Of a DNA stretch of 51,203 bases, positions 1-9,600 are shown one piece after another (the first letter of the stretch is position 1; each line of letters begins with the position of its first letter). The stretch is taken from the IMG/VR virus record IMGVR_UViG_3300021079_000011, positions 1 to 51,203 of that record; one strand, given 5' to 3'. The position numbers and the translations under genes are program-made. The stretch is from a virus (Duplodnaviria; Caudoviricetes). The notes beneath the pieces are model-generated. The model ran no database searches. It was given only the letters and a program-made list of their open reading frames with translations, and had not been told where the DNA came from.

Positions 1-25
1 GACCGTCCCCACACCCCCCACCCCC
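1..25. repeat. 25-bp direct terminal repeat (copy at 51179-51203); contig circularises
   Basis: GACCGTCCCCACACCCCCCACCCCC is identical at both ends; probably assembly overlap of a circular or permuted phage genome. Confidence 0.9.
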
Positions 26-544
26 ACACCCGGCGCGTGTGCTCGCCGTGTACATACTACCCACATTAAACCGGGCTGATTTTTTGAAAATGTTCATGGG
101 TTAGGTTTGAGCATGTTAATGGTTTGTGGCTGGGCGCGGTTCGTGACAAGTTCAGGGTCAGGGTTTGAACATGTGCATGGCTTGAATCTGGTCAATGGCA
201 AGGATTTGGTTGATATTTCTGAGGTGGGCTGGGATGGGGAGGACAAAGCCCAACTGTTGCAGAGTTGGGGATTGATTTAGTCCATATTTCGTCGGGGTTG
301 GTAATGAGTATGGATGATGCTGATGAAGATTAGGAGGCACACCTTAACCATCGGAAGCCTTGCAGAATAACGCTCTGCGTTCAACAGTCCTGATTTATGA
401 CGGCCTTGGTTTGTAGTCTGAGGCGGTATAAATCTCTTTGAGTAGGTCGGTTTCAAGTCTGGCCTACCGTGTTTCAGCCCCGTTTAGTTTATCTGCCTGA
501 GCAGCGTAGGAGCAATACCTACGGGGGGTTGTTCGTCCTAGTTA

Positions 545-580
545 AAGGAAAAGGCCACACAGGGTTTAATCTGTGTGGCC
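545..580 (-). terminator. Rho-independent terminator
   Basis: 10-bp perfect stem GGCCACACAG (553-562)/CTGTGTGGCC (571-580), followed on the minus strand by TTTTCCTTT. Confidence 0.75.
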
Positions 581-673
581 AATATGTCGTGTGCGACCTC
601 GACGTTCTGCCAACGGCCAGTTAAGGCAATCGGCATATTCTGAAATTCTGACGACAAAAGACGCACGATTTAG

Positions 674-702
674 AAGCTACTGGACGGGATTGAATCTGTC
701 AA
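674..702 (-). promoter_or_regulatory. sigma70-type promoter
   Basis: Minus strand TTGACA (702-697), 17-bp spacer, TAGCTT (679-674). Confidence 0.55.
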
Positions 703-715
703 TGGAAAATCCACG

Positions 716-925
716 TTAAAGATGTGAAATTTCTCCGAGCGGATTTGTGATGCCTTCAAGGAGAAGGCAGACATCGCCTTGGCCGTTTGGGTTGATGGCG
801 ATTCTGTAATCTCGGATTTTGTAGATTTTTCCTAGGACAGGTAGACGGTTGTAGAGCGGGACGATGGCCGGGTTGAATTCGTCGTTTATGCAGAGGACGG
901 CAGAGCCGATGGTTGGATGGTTCAT
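716..925 (-). CDS. small hypothetical protein coupled to terL
   Basis: ATGA overlap with the terL stop; 69 aa. Confidence 0.65.
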   Translation of the reverse strand: MNHPTIGSAVLCINDEFNPAIVPLYNRLPVLGKIYKIRDYRIAINPNGQGDVCLLLEGITNPLGEISHL

Positions 926-2709
926 ACGCTTAACAGTCTTGAATCAATGAAGTCTTTGTATTCAGTGGATTGAGTTTCGAGCCAGTCTTTTTTTGTCTTA
1001 TCGGATGTGTCTTTGGAAAGCTTTGTTATCAGGAAGTTTTTCCTTCGCGCACCCTCGACGGCTGTAACGAGCCAGTCGAACAGGTCGGGGGATTTGCCGA
1101 TGCGAACCTTGGTTTCGTCCTTGGACTCGACTTCGATTCTGTTCCCGGCAACTTCCTTCCATTCGCGGGAACAGCCTTCGGCGCACAGGTCTTGGGTTAG
1201 ACCTCGTAGCTGGCCGGATTCAATCACAAGCCTGACCGACCACCATAGCTCAGTCACAAACTTTCGGTAATGTTCGTCACACCGCTTGAGCCGCTTGTTG
1301 CCAGTGGCCTTGTCAACGGTGAAGATGTCTTGTGAAACAGGCCGTTGCGACGGTGTGCCGCCGAACTCGACGGGGTTGACCTTGGACGACCAGAGCCGGG
1401 CATAAGAGATTCCGAGCGAGCCGCGACCTGTTGAATCGTAAAAGCAGTTCTCGGGCGGGATGGAATTTGCTTCGCAATAATACTTTGTCCAGATTGCGAT
1501 TTGGTCTTCAGAAGAGTCTTCCTTTTTGACACTGACAGGGACTATGAGCGGTGGACGGATGTTTATTCGTATCTTGCCATCAACGCACAGGCCGAACTCA
1601 ATGTGGCCACCAACGCACCTGTCGCCGCCAACGCCGCCGTAAGCGGCATCAAGCGCGAATATCTTTGTCAGAGCCGTGCCTTCCCAGATTGAATCTTCAA
1701 AAGCACCGTGCTGACGGCATAGCTCGCTGGTTATGACGCGACGAGCATTGAGCCCGGCGCGGCGGACACCTTTGCATTGGGAATAGTATTGGTGCGAATC
1801 AAGGCCGTAGCCAGCGATTGTCCTGTTGATGGACTCGCGGTTTGTCAGATACCAGAATTTGATGGGGTCAGACTCGGGATAATCGAAGTTGGGCGAATCT
1901 GTCCCGACAAGATTCACAGTCCTGCTACGCATGAACTTCAGGTTATCCCAAACGATTGTCTTCTCGGGCTCGTCCATCGCTTCCCAGCCGCACTTGGGCT
2001 CGCTGATAACGTCGAGCGGGTCGCCTTGGCCGATTGGATTCCCGGCCACAACCATCTTGAAGTTTCCAGAGTTAGCGTTACCGAGCGAGTCATACATGGA
2101 TTGGTGCATGAACTGGAATTCATCAGCCAGATAGCGTTTCCGCTTTTGTTTAATGCCGACATAAGACGCTATGTTGGTCAAACCACCACTGGAATTTTTG
2201 CATGGAATACAGGCAATTCCCTTGCGTAAATCCCGGGCAACAACATCTTCATCGTCAATGTCGTCTGTGCAGATGCAATGCTGGGAATCAAGGATATGAC
2301 CGGGCAACCAAGGGTAGCGGGACATCGCCTCGGAGAACAAAGATTTTATGTCACCCCAAACACGGCGTTCAAGGCTCTTGATTGTGTCTGAGGAAACGAC
2401 AATGAGCGTGTCGTTTGGGAAACAGAAATAATCCACCAGCCCGAACTTTGCCATGCCATGAGTTTTGCCGGAATCTTTCGAGCCCATCAAAACCGTGATG
2501 TCGTTCTTCAGGATTTCTTCAAGAATCAAATCAGACCAGCGATGGTGATGCTCATTCGGCCATAGCAGTTGTTGAGCTTCTTTGTAGTGGAAAAATAAAG
2601 TTCTGCCCTGAGATTTCAGCCACTCTTCGCCCTGCTGGATGTTCCAGAATTCAATTCGCAAATCATCAACTTCATCCTTCCACGACTTGCCATATTTGAT
2701 TTTAACCAC
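922..2709 (-). CDS. terL: terminase large subunit
   Basis: Walker A GSKDSGKT, Walker B YLADE, motif III AGNP, nuclease ALDAAYGG..GD and C-terminal ESKDETKVRIGKSPDLFD. Confidence 0.9.
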   Translation of the reverse strand: MVKIKYGKSWKDEVDDLRIEFWNIQQGEEWLKSQGRTLFFHYKEAQQLLWPNEHHHRWSDLILEEILKNDITVLMGSKDSGKTHGMAKFGLVDYFCFPNDTLIVVSSDTIKSLERRVWGDIKSLFSEAMSRYPWLPGHILDSQHCICTDDIDDEDVVARDLRKGIACIPCKNSSGGLTNIASYVGIKQKRKRYLADEFQFMHQSMYDSLGNANSGNFKMVVAGNPIGQGDPLDVISEPKCGWEAMDEPEKTIVWDNLKFMRSRTVNLVGTDSPNFDYPESDPIKFWYLTNRESINRTIAGYGLDSHQYYSQCKGVRRAGLNARRVITSELCRQHGAFEDSIWEGTALTKIFALDAAYGGVGGDRCVGGHIEFGLCVDGKIRINIRPPLIVPVSVKKEDSSEDQIAIWTKYYCEANSIPPENCFYDSTGRGSLGISYARLWSSKVNPVEFGGTPSQRPVSQDIFTVDKATGNKRLKRCDEHYRKFVTELWWSVRLVIESGQLRGLTQDLCAEGCSREWKEVAGNRIEVESKDETKVRIGKSPDLFDWLVTAVEGARRKNFLITKLSKDTSDKTKKDWLETQSTEYKDFIDSRLLSV

Positions 2710-2755
2710 TTGACAACAAGACCATTATTGCTGAAGGTTGTCCAACCGAAAAATT

Positions 2756-3643
2756 ATGTCCGCGCCACTTCAACCATCAAGCTGTTGCTCAACCACCGAA
2801 GTAATCAATGTGCCGGGAACTCAAGGGGCGACAGGCGCGGCGGGAACGAATGGGACAGACGGCGTAAGCTCATTTTCAATTCTTGTAACACCATCGTTTG
2901 ATGTTCCGGCTGTGACTGTAAACACGGCATCGCTGGCATTTGCGGACACAACATGGATGGTGGTTGGGCAGAATGTTTTTTTGGAAGGGGCTGGCACTTT
3001 CTCGGTGGTATCGAAAGCGGACGGGACTCATGCGGTTCTGAAATACTTGAATTATTCCAGCAACACTCATGCTGGCGATACGATTTCTGCCGGGGCGCAG
3101 ATTAGTTCTGGTGGCTTTGAGCCAACTCTTTCTACTCCTTGGTCGGTTGCAAACGGCGGGACAGGCTCGGCAACAGTTCAGAATGCGATAACCGCCCTCG
3201 GCCTTAAAAAGTCTCCCCTGACAGTTTATGCTGCTGGAACAGCATACTCCTTGACGGCAACTCCGACAGCCCTGAACTTTGGGACTACAAGCCCTGCTCT
3301 AACAATAGACGCTGCTGGAACATATCTTTTGATGGCTAAGGTTCGTGTTGATTACAATGCGGCGACATTTGCCGCAGTCAGAACCGGGACGCTGAAGTTT
3401 CGCAGGACAAACAACACAGCCGCAGACCTGACCAACGGCAGCAACGGGTTCAAGACAGACATCATAACCACGCTGACATATACGCTGGCTGAAATTACGC
3501 TCGCGCCAATAATTTATGTCACCACAGCAACGAACGATGCGTTGACAATATTTGGTGACATTTCCGTGATTCCGACTGCTGGCAGCTTGGACTGTGTTGA
3601 AGCTTGCATTGTTGCCGTGAGATTATTCGACCAAACCTTGTGA
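2756..3643 (+). CDS. virion protein, tail fibre-like with short collagen stretch
   Basis: GTQGATGAAGTNGTDG collagen triplets and WSVANGGTGS fibre motif; ATG 2756 after an A-rich tract preferred to TTG 2738. Confidence 0.65.
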   Translation: MSAPLQPSSCCSTTEVINVPGTQGATGAAGTNGTDGVSSFSILVTPSFDVPAVTVNTASLAFADTTWMVVGQNVFLEGAGTFSVVSKADGTHAVLKYLNYSSNTHAGDTISAGAQISSGGFEPTLSTPWSVANGGTGSATVQNAITALGLKKSPLTVYAAGTAYSLTATPTALNFGTTSPALTIDAAGTYLLMAKVRVDYNAATFAAVRTGTLKFRRTNNTAADLTNGSNGFKTDIITTLTYTLAEITLAPIIYVTTATNDALTIFGDISVIPTAGSLDCVEACIVAVRLFDQTL

Positions 3644-3644
3644 T

Positions 3645-6194
3645 GTGGCTGAAAACCCAAAGACAATTTACGACACGCTTTCGTCTTTCCAAGATGGGAT
3701 AAATTCTGGTGTCCAACCGTTACTGCTTCCAAAGACTCAATGCAGCTTTGCAATCAACGCGACATTCAGGGGTGGTTACATCCAAGATAGGCCACCATTC
3801 CAAAAGCAATCTCTTGATTACAACGGGAACGCTGCGCTTCAAGCGATTGTCGAGACTGGGTTTTTTCAAGGCTCGGGAATTTACAGGCCGGATTTCGGAA
3901 CGTCGCTGATACTTGCACAGATAGCCGGACATTTGATTTTGTTTACTCCGACAGGTCTTGTTGGATGGCGAGTTTCAGATGTTAGTGTTGCAGGAGATTT
4001 AAACGACACGTCAACCGGGCAGGTGTGGATGTGGCAAGCTGAAAAGTGGATGATAATAAATGACGGCACAACCAAACTGCCGATATTCTTTGACGGAGTT
4101 TCTTCTAGGCGTTCTTTGGGCGATTCAAAAACATTGGGCTCAGTGATTGCCGCAGCCCCGGGTTCTCCACCAGCCTTGGGCGGAATAGTTTCGGCAACGC
4201 TTTCTGCTCCATATACGGGGCTTTACAACATCCCTGTAATTTTCAATTCTGCTTATTATCAGATTTCTTCACAGGCAGCTGCTGGCTATCCTGTATCGCT
4301 AAAAAATGTAACGAAAGTATTCGCCGGAACTGGATACGCCGGAACTGTAATCGCGGCAGGAAGTTCCGTCGCGGTCATCCCGTCTCAAGTGTCAACAATT
4401 CCTATTGCTGGCAATGCTCCGATAAATGGCGTGACAAATATTCTTGTTACAACGACAGACCAGCTTTTTGTTGGCATGGTGCTTGTCGGTGTTCGGGTGA
4501 ATAATTGTCTTGGCCCACTTGCTGTAAATTTTATCATAACAAGCATAGACAAAACCACAAATATTATCGGGATAGTGGCCGAAACGCTTCAGGCAACATG
4601 TGGTAGCGCACCCCAAACTTTTATAGTCCAAACACTTTTTACAAGCACATCGCAACCCAATGTCACGATTGGAATAACGACGGCAGATTTTACCATTCCG
4701 CTAAATGGCTCTTCAGTAACAGTCGGGCTTACATCCCCATACACGGGCGACCAAAACAAGACCGTGTGGATTAACGGGATGTTGTTTCTAATTTCAAATA
4801 TAACATCTGCGTCGACAACATCAATACGGTTGATAAACATTTCAGACACATCGGCAGTTGCATACGCGCTTCCAAAACCAATGTTGTCTATCCCGGAACT
4901 TCCTGCTGGCCGGATGGGTGCTTATGGGATGGGAAGAAACTGGATGTCTTTGACAGACGGAATTTCATACATGGCTGGGGACATTGTTGGCGGGGCATCG
5001 GGCTCGCCAGCCAACAATTATCGGGACTCAGTATTGAGAACAACAGAAAACACATTTTTGACTGGTGGCGGCTCGTTCAGACTTCCCGGTTCTGGGAATA
5101 CAATTTCTTCAATGACATTCACGGCGAACCTAGACACTTCTCTTGGTCAGGGTGCTTTGCAGATTGGGACGGACACAGGTTTCTTTTCCAACAACAGCCC
5201 TGTTGACAGAGCGGAATGGGTTGCGCTTCAAAATCCGATTCAAACAGAATCTTTAATCGGTCAGGGGTCGCTGGCTCAAAATTCAACAATACTTTCAAAC
5301 TCAGACACAATCTTTAGGTCTGCTGAAGGAATTGGCTCTTTGAAAATTGCCCGGAGAGACTTCAATAATGACCTTGGCGGAAATGCCCCGATAAGTCGTG
5401 AAGTTGAAAGGGCTTTGAAGAACGACAACATAACACTTCTGCCAAGATGCAGCGCGACAACTTTTGATAATAGACTGCTAATGACCTGTTACCCCGCAGT
5501 ATCTTCACAGGGCGTATTTCATCAAGGTCTTGTTGCGCTCAACTACGATTTGATTTCCAGCCTTCGCGGAAAATCTCCGGCAGTTTATGACGGACTGTGG
5601 ACTGGGTTGAACATTTTACAGTTAATGAGCGGGAACTTTGCCGGGACGGGCAAGGCTTATGCGTTTGGCTACAACATCACATATTCAAGAATTGAGCTAT
5701 ACGAAATATTGCGCTCTACTGGCGGGAAACATTTCGACAATCACGACACCAGAATCAAGTGGATGTTTGAAACGCCAGTTCTTTTTGGTCAGGATGTAAA
5801 GAAGATTTCTGAACTTATCAGGCTTCAAGACGGTGAGATTTCAATTCAAGACATCATCGGCAAGGTGGATTTCAAGATTGAATACAAGCCCGACTATTAT
5901 CCGTGCTGGGTCACATGGCGCGAATTTCAGGTTTGTTCCGACATGACATCTTTCCACGCAAAGCCGGGTTATATCACAAGGATTGGATTTGGAGAGCCAG
6001 CGGGTGATGCTTGCGAGGACGGAAACAACAGGCCGTTCAGGAACGCGCACTTCTTTCAGTTGCGAATTACCATCACAGGCCATTGCAAGGTTATGGGAAT
6101 TCGGTTGGCGGCATCACCTGAGCCGATTGTTGACTTTGCAGAACCAATTTGTGCGGAGCTTTGCGAGCCAGACCTGCCGCTTCCTGACCTATGA
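3645..6194 (+). CDS. tail nozzle/stabilisation protein (podovirus tail tubular B / P22 gp10-like)
   Basis: 849 aa, beta-rich, PISREV motif, C-terminal FQLRITITG; position in tail module. Confidence 0.55.
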   Translation: MAENPKTIYDTLSSFQDGINSGVQPLLLPKTQCSFAINATFRGGYIQDRPPFQKQSLDYNGNAALQAIVETGFFQGSGIYRPDFGTSLILAQIAGHLILFTPTGLVGWRVSDVSVAGDLNDTSTGQVWMWQAEKWMIINDGTTKLPIFFDGVSSRRSLGDSKTLGSVIAAAPGSPPALGGIVSATLSAPYTGLYNIPVIFNSAYYQISSQAAAGYPVSLKNVTKVFAGTGYAGTVIAAGSSVAVIPSQVSTIPIAGNAPINGVTNILVTTTDQLFVGMVLVGVRVNNCLGPLAVNFIITSIDKTTNIIGIVAETLQATCGSAPQTFIVQTLFTSTSQPNVTIGITTADFTIPLNGSSVTVGLTSPYTGDQNKTVWINGMLFLISNITSASTTSIRLINISDTSAVAYALPKPMLSIPELPAGRMGAYGMGRNWMSLTDGISYMAGDIVGGASGSPANNYRDSVLRTTENTFLTGGGSFRLPGSGNTISSMTFTANLDTSLGQGALQIGTDTGFFSNNSPVDRAEWVALQNPIQTESLIGQGSLAQNSTILSNSDTIFRSAEGIGSLKIARRDFNNDLGGNAPISREVERALKNDNITLLPRCSATTFDNRLLMTCYPAVSSQGVFHQGLVALNYDLISSLRGKSPAVYDGLWTGLNILQLMSGNFAGTGKAYAFGYNITYSRIELYEILRSTGGKHFDNHDTRIKWMFETPVLFGQDVKKISELIRLQDGEISIQDIIGKVDFKIEYKPDYYPCWVTWREFQVCSDMTSFHAKPGYITRIGFGEPAGDACEDGNNRPFRNAHFFQLRITITGHCKVMGIRLAASPEPIVDFAEPICAELCEPDLPLPDL

Positions 6195-7342
6195 GCAAAC
6201 CTTGCATCCCATGTATCAAGATTGACTGTGTTGTTGAACCCGATGTGAACATTTATTCGTTGCAAGGTTTACCACCACAGCCGTTGCCGCCAGTGATTCC
6301 TGTTCCTGCCGGGGATTATTCCAACAGCCAAGTCCAGTTCAACCCAGATTGCCCTGAAGGCTCGACGCTTACATTTACGGGAACATTGCCGTCTTGGATT
6401 TCCATTGATACAGACTTGAATCTTTTGATTGGTGCTGCCGGAATTTTCAGGGGTAACTCCATTGCAGAAGCAACAGCCAAAGCCCAAGCCGCATTAAATT
6501 TATTTGCCACAACAAACATCGGGAATGGCAATCTTTATTTTTCATCTGGCTGCACAGAGCCAAACATCGTCCAGTCCAGCACAACGAGTGATGTTGGGAT
6601 TGTGGTCAATGGCAACTTCATCGTTACAGTTGGCGCGGGAGGGGAAATATCTACTTCATCAGACGGAACAAGCTGGGACTCGCGGACTTCTGGAACGCCA
6701 ACATTGTTGATTCGCGTGGCTTTCGGCAACGGGCTATATGTTGCGATGGGCAGCTTTGGGAGGCTGGTTACATCGCCAGATGGAATTACATGGACTGTGC
6801 AAACATCGGTCGGGGCGACTGCGATTTATGGCGTGGCATTTTATTCTGGATTGTGGGTGGCGGCAAATACTAGCGGACAGATTTACAGCTCCGAAGATGG
6901 AATTTCTTGGGGTCTTGAAACAACGCTTTCAGGCTACATCAATAATTTAAGGGTTGTGAACGGAACTTTTGTTGCGGTGGGCGGCAGCGGACTTTTGGCC
7001 ACATCAACGGACGGCACAAACTGGACAGAGCAGACAACAGGAGTAGGCGATGAGTTGAGCGATATAGCATTTGGGGCTGGTGTTTACGTTGCTGTTGGAG
7101 AAAACGAAACGATAATTTACTCATCAAACCTGACAAGCTGGACTCCAACTACGGTTGCATCAACAGACCATTTCACTTGCGTAACTTTTGGGAACGGCCT
7201 GTTTGTTTTGGGCGGAACGGGCGAAGGAGAAATTTGGTATTCGGCAGATGGAATAAACTGGACGCTTTCAGAGGTGATACCAGATACCGTGAGGTGGATT
7301 GCGTATTACAAGAATTGCGATTATATAACAAACCCGCAGTAA
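6191..7342 (+). CDS. Asp-box (BNR) repeat beta-propeller virion/receptor-binding protein
   Basis: Repeats SSDGTSW, SPDGITW, SEDGISW, STDGTNW, SSNLTSW, SADGINW alternating with VAFGNG-like strands. Confidence 0.75.
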   Translation: MSKPCIPCIKIDCVVEPDVNIYSLQGLPPQPLPPVIPVPAGDYSNSQVQFNPDCPEGSTLTFTGTLPSWISIDTDLNLLIGAAGIFRGNSIAEATAKAQAALNLFATTNIGNGNLYFSSGCTEPNIVQSSTTSDVGIVVNGNFIVTVGAGGEISTSSDGTSWDSRTSGTPTLLIRVAFGNGLYVAMGSFGRLVTSPDGITWTVQTSVGATAIYGVAFYSGLWVAANTSGQIYSSEDGISWGLETTLSGYINNLRVVNGTFVAVGGSGLLATSTDGTNWTEQTTGVGDELSDIAFGAGVYVAVGENETIIYSSNLTSWTPTTVASTDHFTCVTFGNGLFVLGGTGEGEIWYSADGINWTLSEVIPDTVRWIAYYKNCDYITNPQ

Positions 7343-7384
7343 ATTATTGCTTTACCGTTAAAGTTGAGTTAATAAAATAATCAG

Positions 7385-8428
7385 ATGTCAGCATACACAC
7401 ACCAGCTAATTGACTTGAAAAGAAGTCCTGTGAAAAATGTGGCTGGGTCATGTGTTGATTCCGAAGATTTCTTGGACACGGTAAATGCCGCGCAACAAAG
7501 GCTTTTCCGAAGGGGCAACTGGTGGGACACAGAATGGCTCGTTGAACTTTGCCTAACTGACGGATGTGTGACATGGCCTAGATACGTTTCGACAGTCTTG
7601 GGAATCAGGTCGTGCAACGGCGGAACGGAGCTTCGCAACAACTGGTATTCAATCATCGGTCAGTATCAAAATTACAGTGGTGGAATTGGCGGTATTGGCG
7701 ACAACTCGACATTTGGTTACATGAACAGGGTTGGCAGCACCCCGGTAATCACCGATGCAGACTCAGCACCGTGCTACAATGAAATTTCTGGTAATGCCGG
7801 GAAGCTGATTCGCTACAATGTCGTCAAGCGAAGCGATATTGGCAAGAAGCTGACAATTTACGGAACTCAATACGGTGGCCAACCGTTGCGCGAACAGGAT
7901 GCAAACGGCGACTGGATTGACGGCCTGACAATTACTGCCGCTGCGCCGTTTGCAAGCACATCTGTTTTGGTGACGAAAATCACATCTGTTACAAGGGAGG
8001 CGACGGCTGGCATGGCTTACCTTTACGAATATGATGCGGACACAAATCTTCTGCGCGACTTGGCCTGTTACGAGCCAAACGAAACAAACCCTCGCTATCG
8101 CCGCTCAAGGATAGAAAGTTTTTGCAATCTTGGTGTCTGCAAGGATGCGAACGGAGTAAACAAGACCAAGATTCAAGCCTTGGTTAAGCTGCAATTTATT
8201 CCGCTTAAAGACGACAGGGATTTTCTTCTGATTGATAACTTCGACGCAATCAAGTTCATGGTTCAAGCAATCAAGCTTGAAGAAGCAGGGCAAGATTCCG
8301 AGGCTGAAGTTAAGATTTTGAAAGCTGTCAGAGAATTAAATCTTGAACAGCGAGATAAACAGCCAGACAGACAAACAACAGTCTCGGTAAACTCAATCAT
8401 GGGTTTCGGAATTCTAAGCCCGATATAA
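7385..8428 (+). CDS. putative head-tail adaptor (tail tubular A-like)
   Basis: 347 aa; N-terminal helix VNAAQQRL..W, central beta region, helical C-terminus; position. Confidence 0.45.
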   Translation: MSAYTHQLIDLKRSPVKNVAGSCVDSEDFLDTVNAAQQRLFRRGNWWDTEWLVELCLTDGCVTWPRYVSTVLGIRSCNGGTELRNNWYSIIGQYQNYSGGIGGIGDNSTFGYMNRVGSTPVITDADSAPCYNEISGNAGKLIRYNVVKRSDIGKKLTIYGTQYGGQPLREQDANGDWIDGLTITAAAPFASTSVLVTKITSVTREATAGMAYLYEYDADTNLLRDLACYEPNETNPRYRRSRIESFCNLGVCKDANGVNKTKIQALVKLQFIPLKDDRDFLLIDNFDAIKFMVQAIKLEEAGQDSEAEVKILKAVRELNLEQRDKQPDRQTTVSVNSIMGFGILSPI

Positions 8429-8432
8429 AATT

Positions 8433-9170
8433 ATGCCAATACCATCAGGATATACACCGGGCGCAGGAGACGTTCCCACTTATCAAGCACCATCCCCGTA
8501 TAAAGCACCATCCCCGTATCAAAATCCTTCTGTTCAAAATTTATCTGGCAGAACATATAACACTGGCATACCCGGCTTTGAAAACTTGTCGCAAAGTGCC
8601 AGCGGCAATGTTGGCAACCTGTTGAACGGAACAGAGTCGCCCGACATAACCCGGAACATTGCCGCCCAGTGGGGTGCTGGCTCTGGTCAGGGTAGCGGAA
8701 GCGATTTCGTCCGTAATCGTTCGGCAGACTTATACGGTCAAAGGTCAGAAGCAAGAAAATCTCAAGGACTACAAGGGCTGCTCGCAATGTTGCAGGGATA
8801 TTCTGGGACTGTGACGGCACGACCCGGAGACATTTTGGGTGCTGAAACTTCCCGATACGGGACAGATGTTGGCTCGGCAACCTCCCGATACGGGACAGAT
8901 GTTGGCTCGGCAATCTCCCGATACGGGACAGATGTTGGCTCGGCAACTTCCCGATACGGGACAGATGTTGGCGCAAGAACGGCCACGCACGGAATAGATG
9001 TCGCGGCTGGAACTGCGGCTGCGCGGCTCGGGCAGGAAGCTAATCAGTTCGGGTTTACATTCCCCGAGCAGCAGCGGCAATACGACATTTCCAGCAGAAA
9101 CCAAAACAACCAGTTCAATGCGAATCTTGGACTAAACTACTTGAATTCTTACATGAATTTCTTGCACTAA
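8433..9170 (+). CDS. putative ejection/internal virion protein with 11-aa repeats
   Basis: G/S/Q/N-rich, ATSRYGTDVGS repeats; lies ahead of the giant protein. Confidence 0.55.
   Translation: MPIPSGYTPGAGDVPTYQAPSPYKAPSPYQNPSVQNLSGRTYNTGIPGFENLSQSASGNVGNLLNGTESPDITRNIAAQWGAGSGQGSGSDFVRNRSADLYGQRSEARKSQGLQGLLAMLQGYSGTVTARPGDILGAETSRYGTDVGSATSRYGTDVGSAISRYGTDVGSATSRYGTDVGARTATHGIDVAAGTAAARLGQEANQFGFTFPEQQRQYDISSRNQNNQFNANLGLNYLNSYMNFLH
8847..8972 (+). repeat. 33-bp coding tandem repeat, about 3.8 copies
   Basis: Unit ACTTCCCGATACGGGACAGATGTTGGCTCGGCA, nearly identical copies with no spacers. Confidence 0.95.
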
Positions 9171-9174
9171 ATAT

Positions 9175-9573
9175 ATGCCACTACCAGCTTATCCGGGAAT
9201 GACGAATTACCAACCCTTATCGCCAAACGATTACGCTCAGTTTGACGCACAAAACAATTATGGCGGTCAAAGCCAGAAAGATTTTCTGTCATTCCTGACC
9301 AACCAAGCCATTCGCCGGGACGCTTCGCGCTTGAGCGAGCAAGGCCGCGAGTTCGACCTTAACAACGAATTGTCAAAGAAACAGCAAAAAGCTGCCGAAG
9401 ATGCCGCCCGAGCAAAGGAAACAGGCGACATGAGCAATTGGAAGAACTGGGCTCGTTATAGTGCGCCCATAGCTCATTGGAATGGGAGTATGGGAGGGGG
9501 CTATGCTATTGATAATGTAATGAACTACATGAGCCCAGACCAGCATACAGGGAAAAACTTTAGTATTTATTAG
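9175..9573 (+). CDS. putative internal virion protein
   Basis: 132 aa, tightly packed in the operon; EQGREFD resembles EQQRQYD in the upstream gene. Confidence 0.5.
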   Translation: MPLPAYPGMTNYQPLSPNDYAQFDAQNNYGGQSQKDFLSFLTNQAIRRDASRLSEQGREFDLNNELSKKQQKAAEDAARAKETGDMSNWKNWARYSAPIAHWNGSMGGGYAIDNVMNYMSPDQHTGKNFSIY

Positions 9574-9600
9574 TAAGAACTCGGAAACTTACAAATCAAA

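Noticed and set aside
158-340. 60-aa minus-strand ORF
   Set aside because: GTG start with no supporting signal or motif, downstream of a terminator; left uncalled
8847-8972. Possible CRISPR array
   Set aside because: Units are contiguous with no unique spacers, stay in frame inside a gene, and no cas genes are visible
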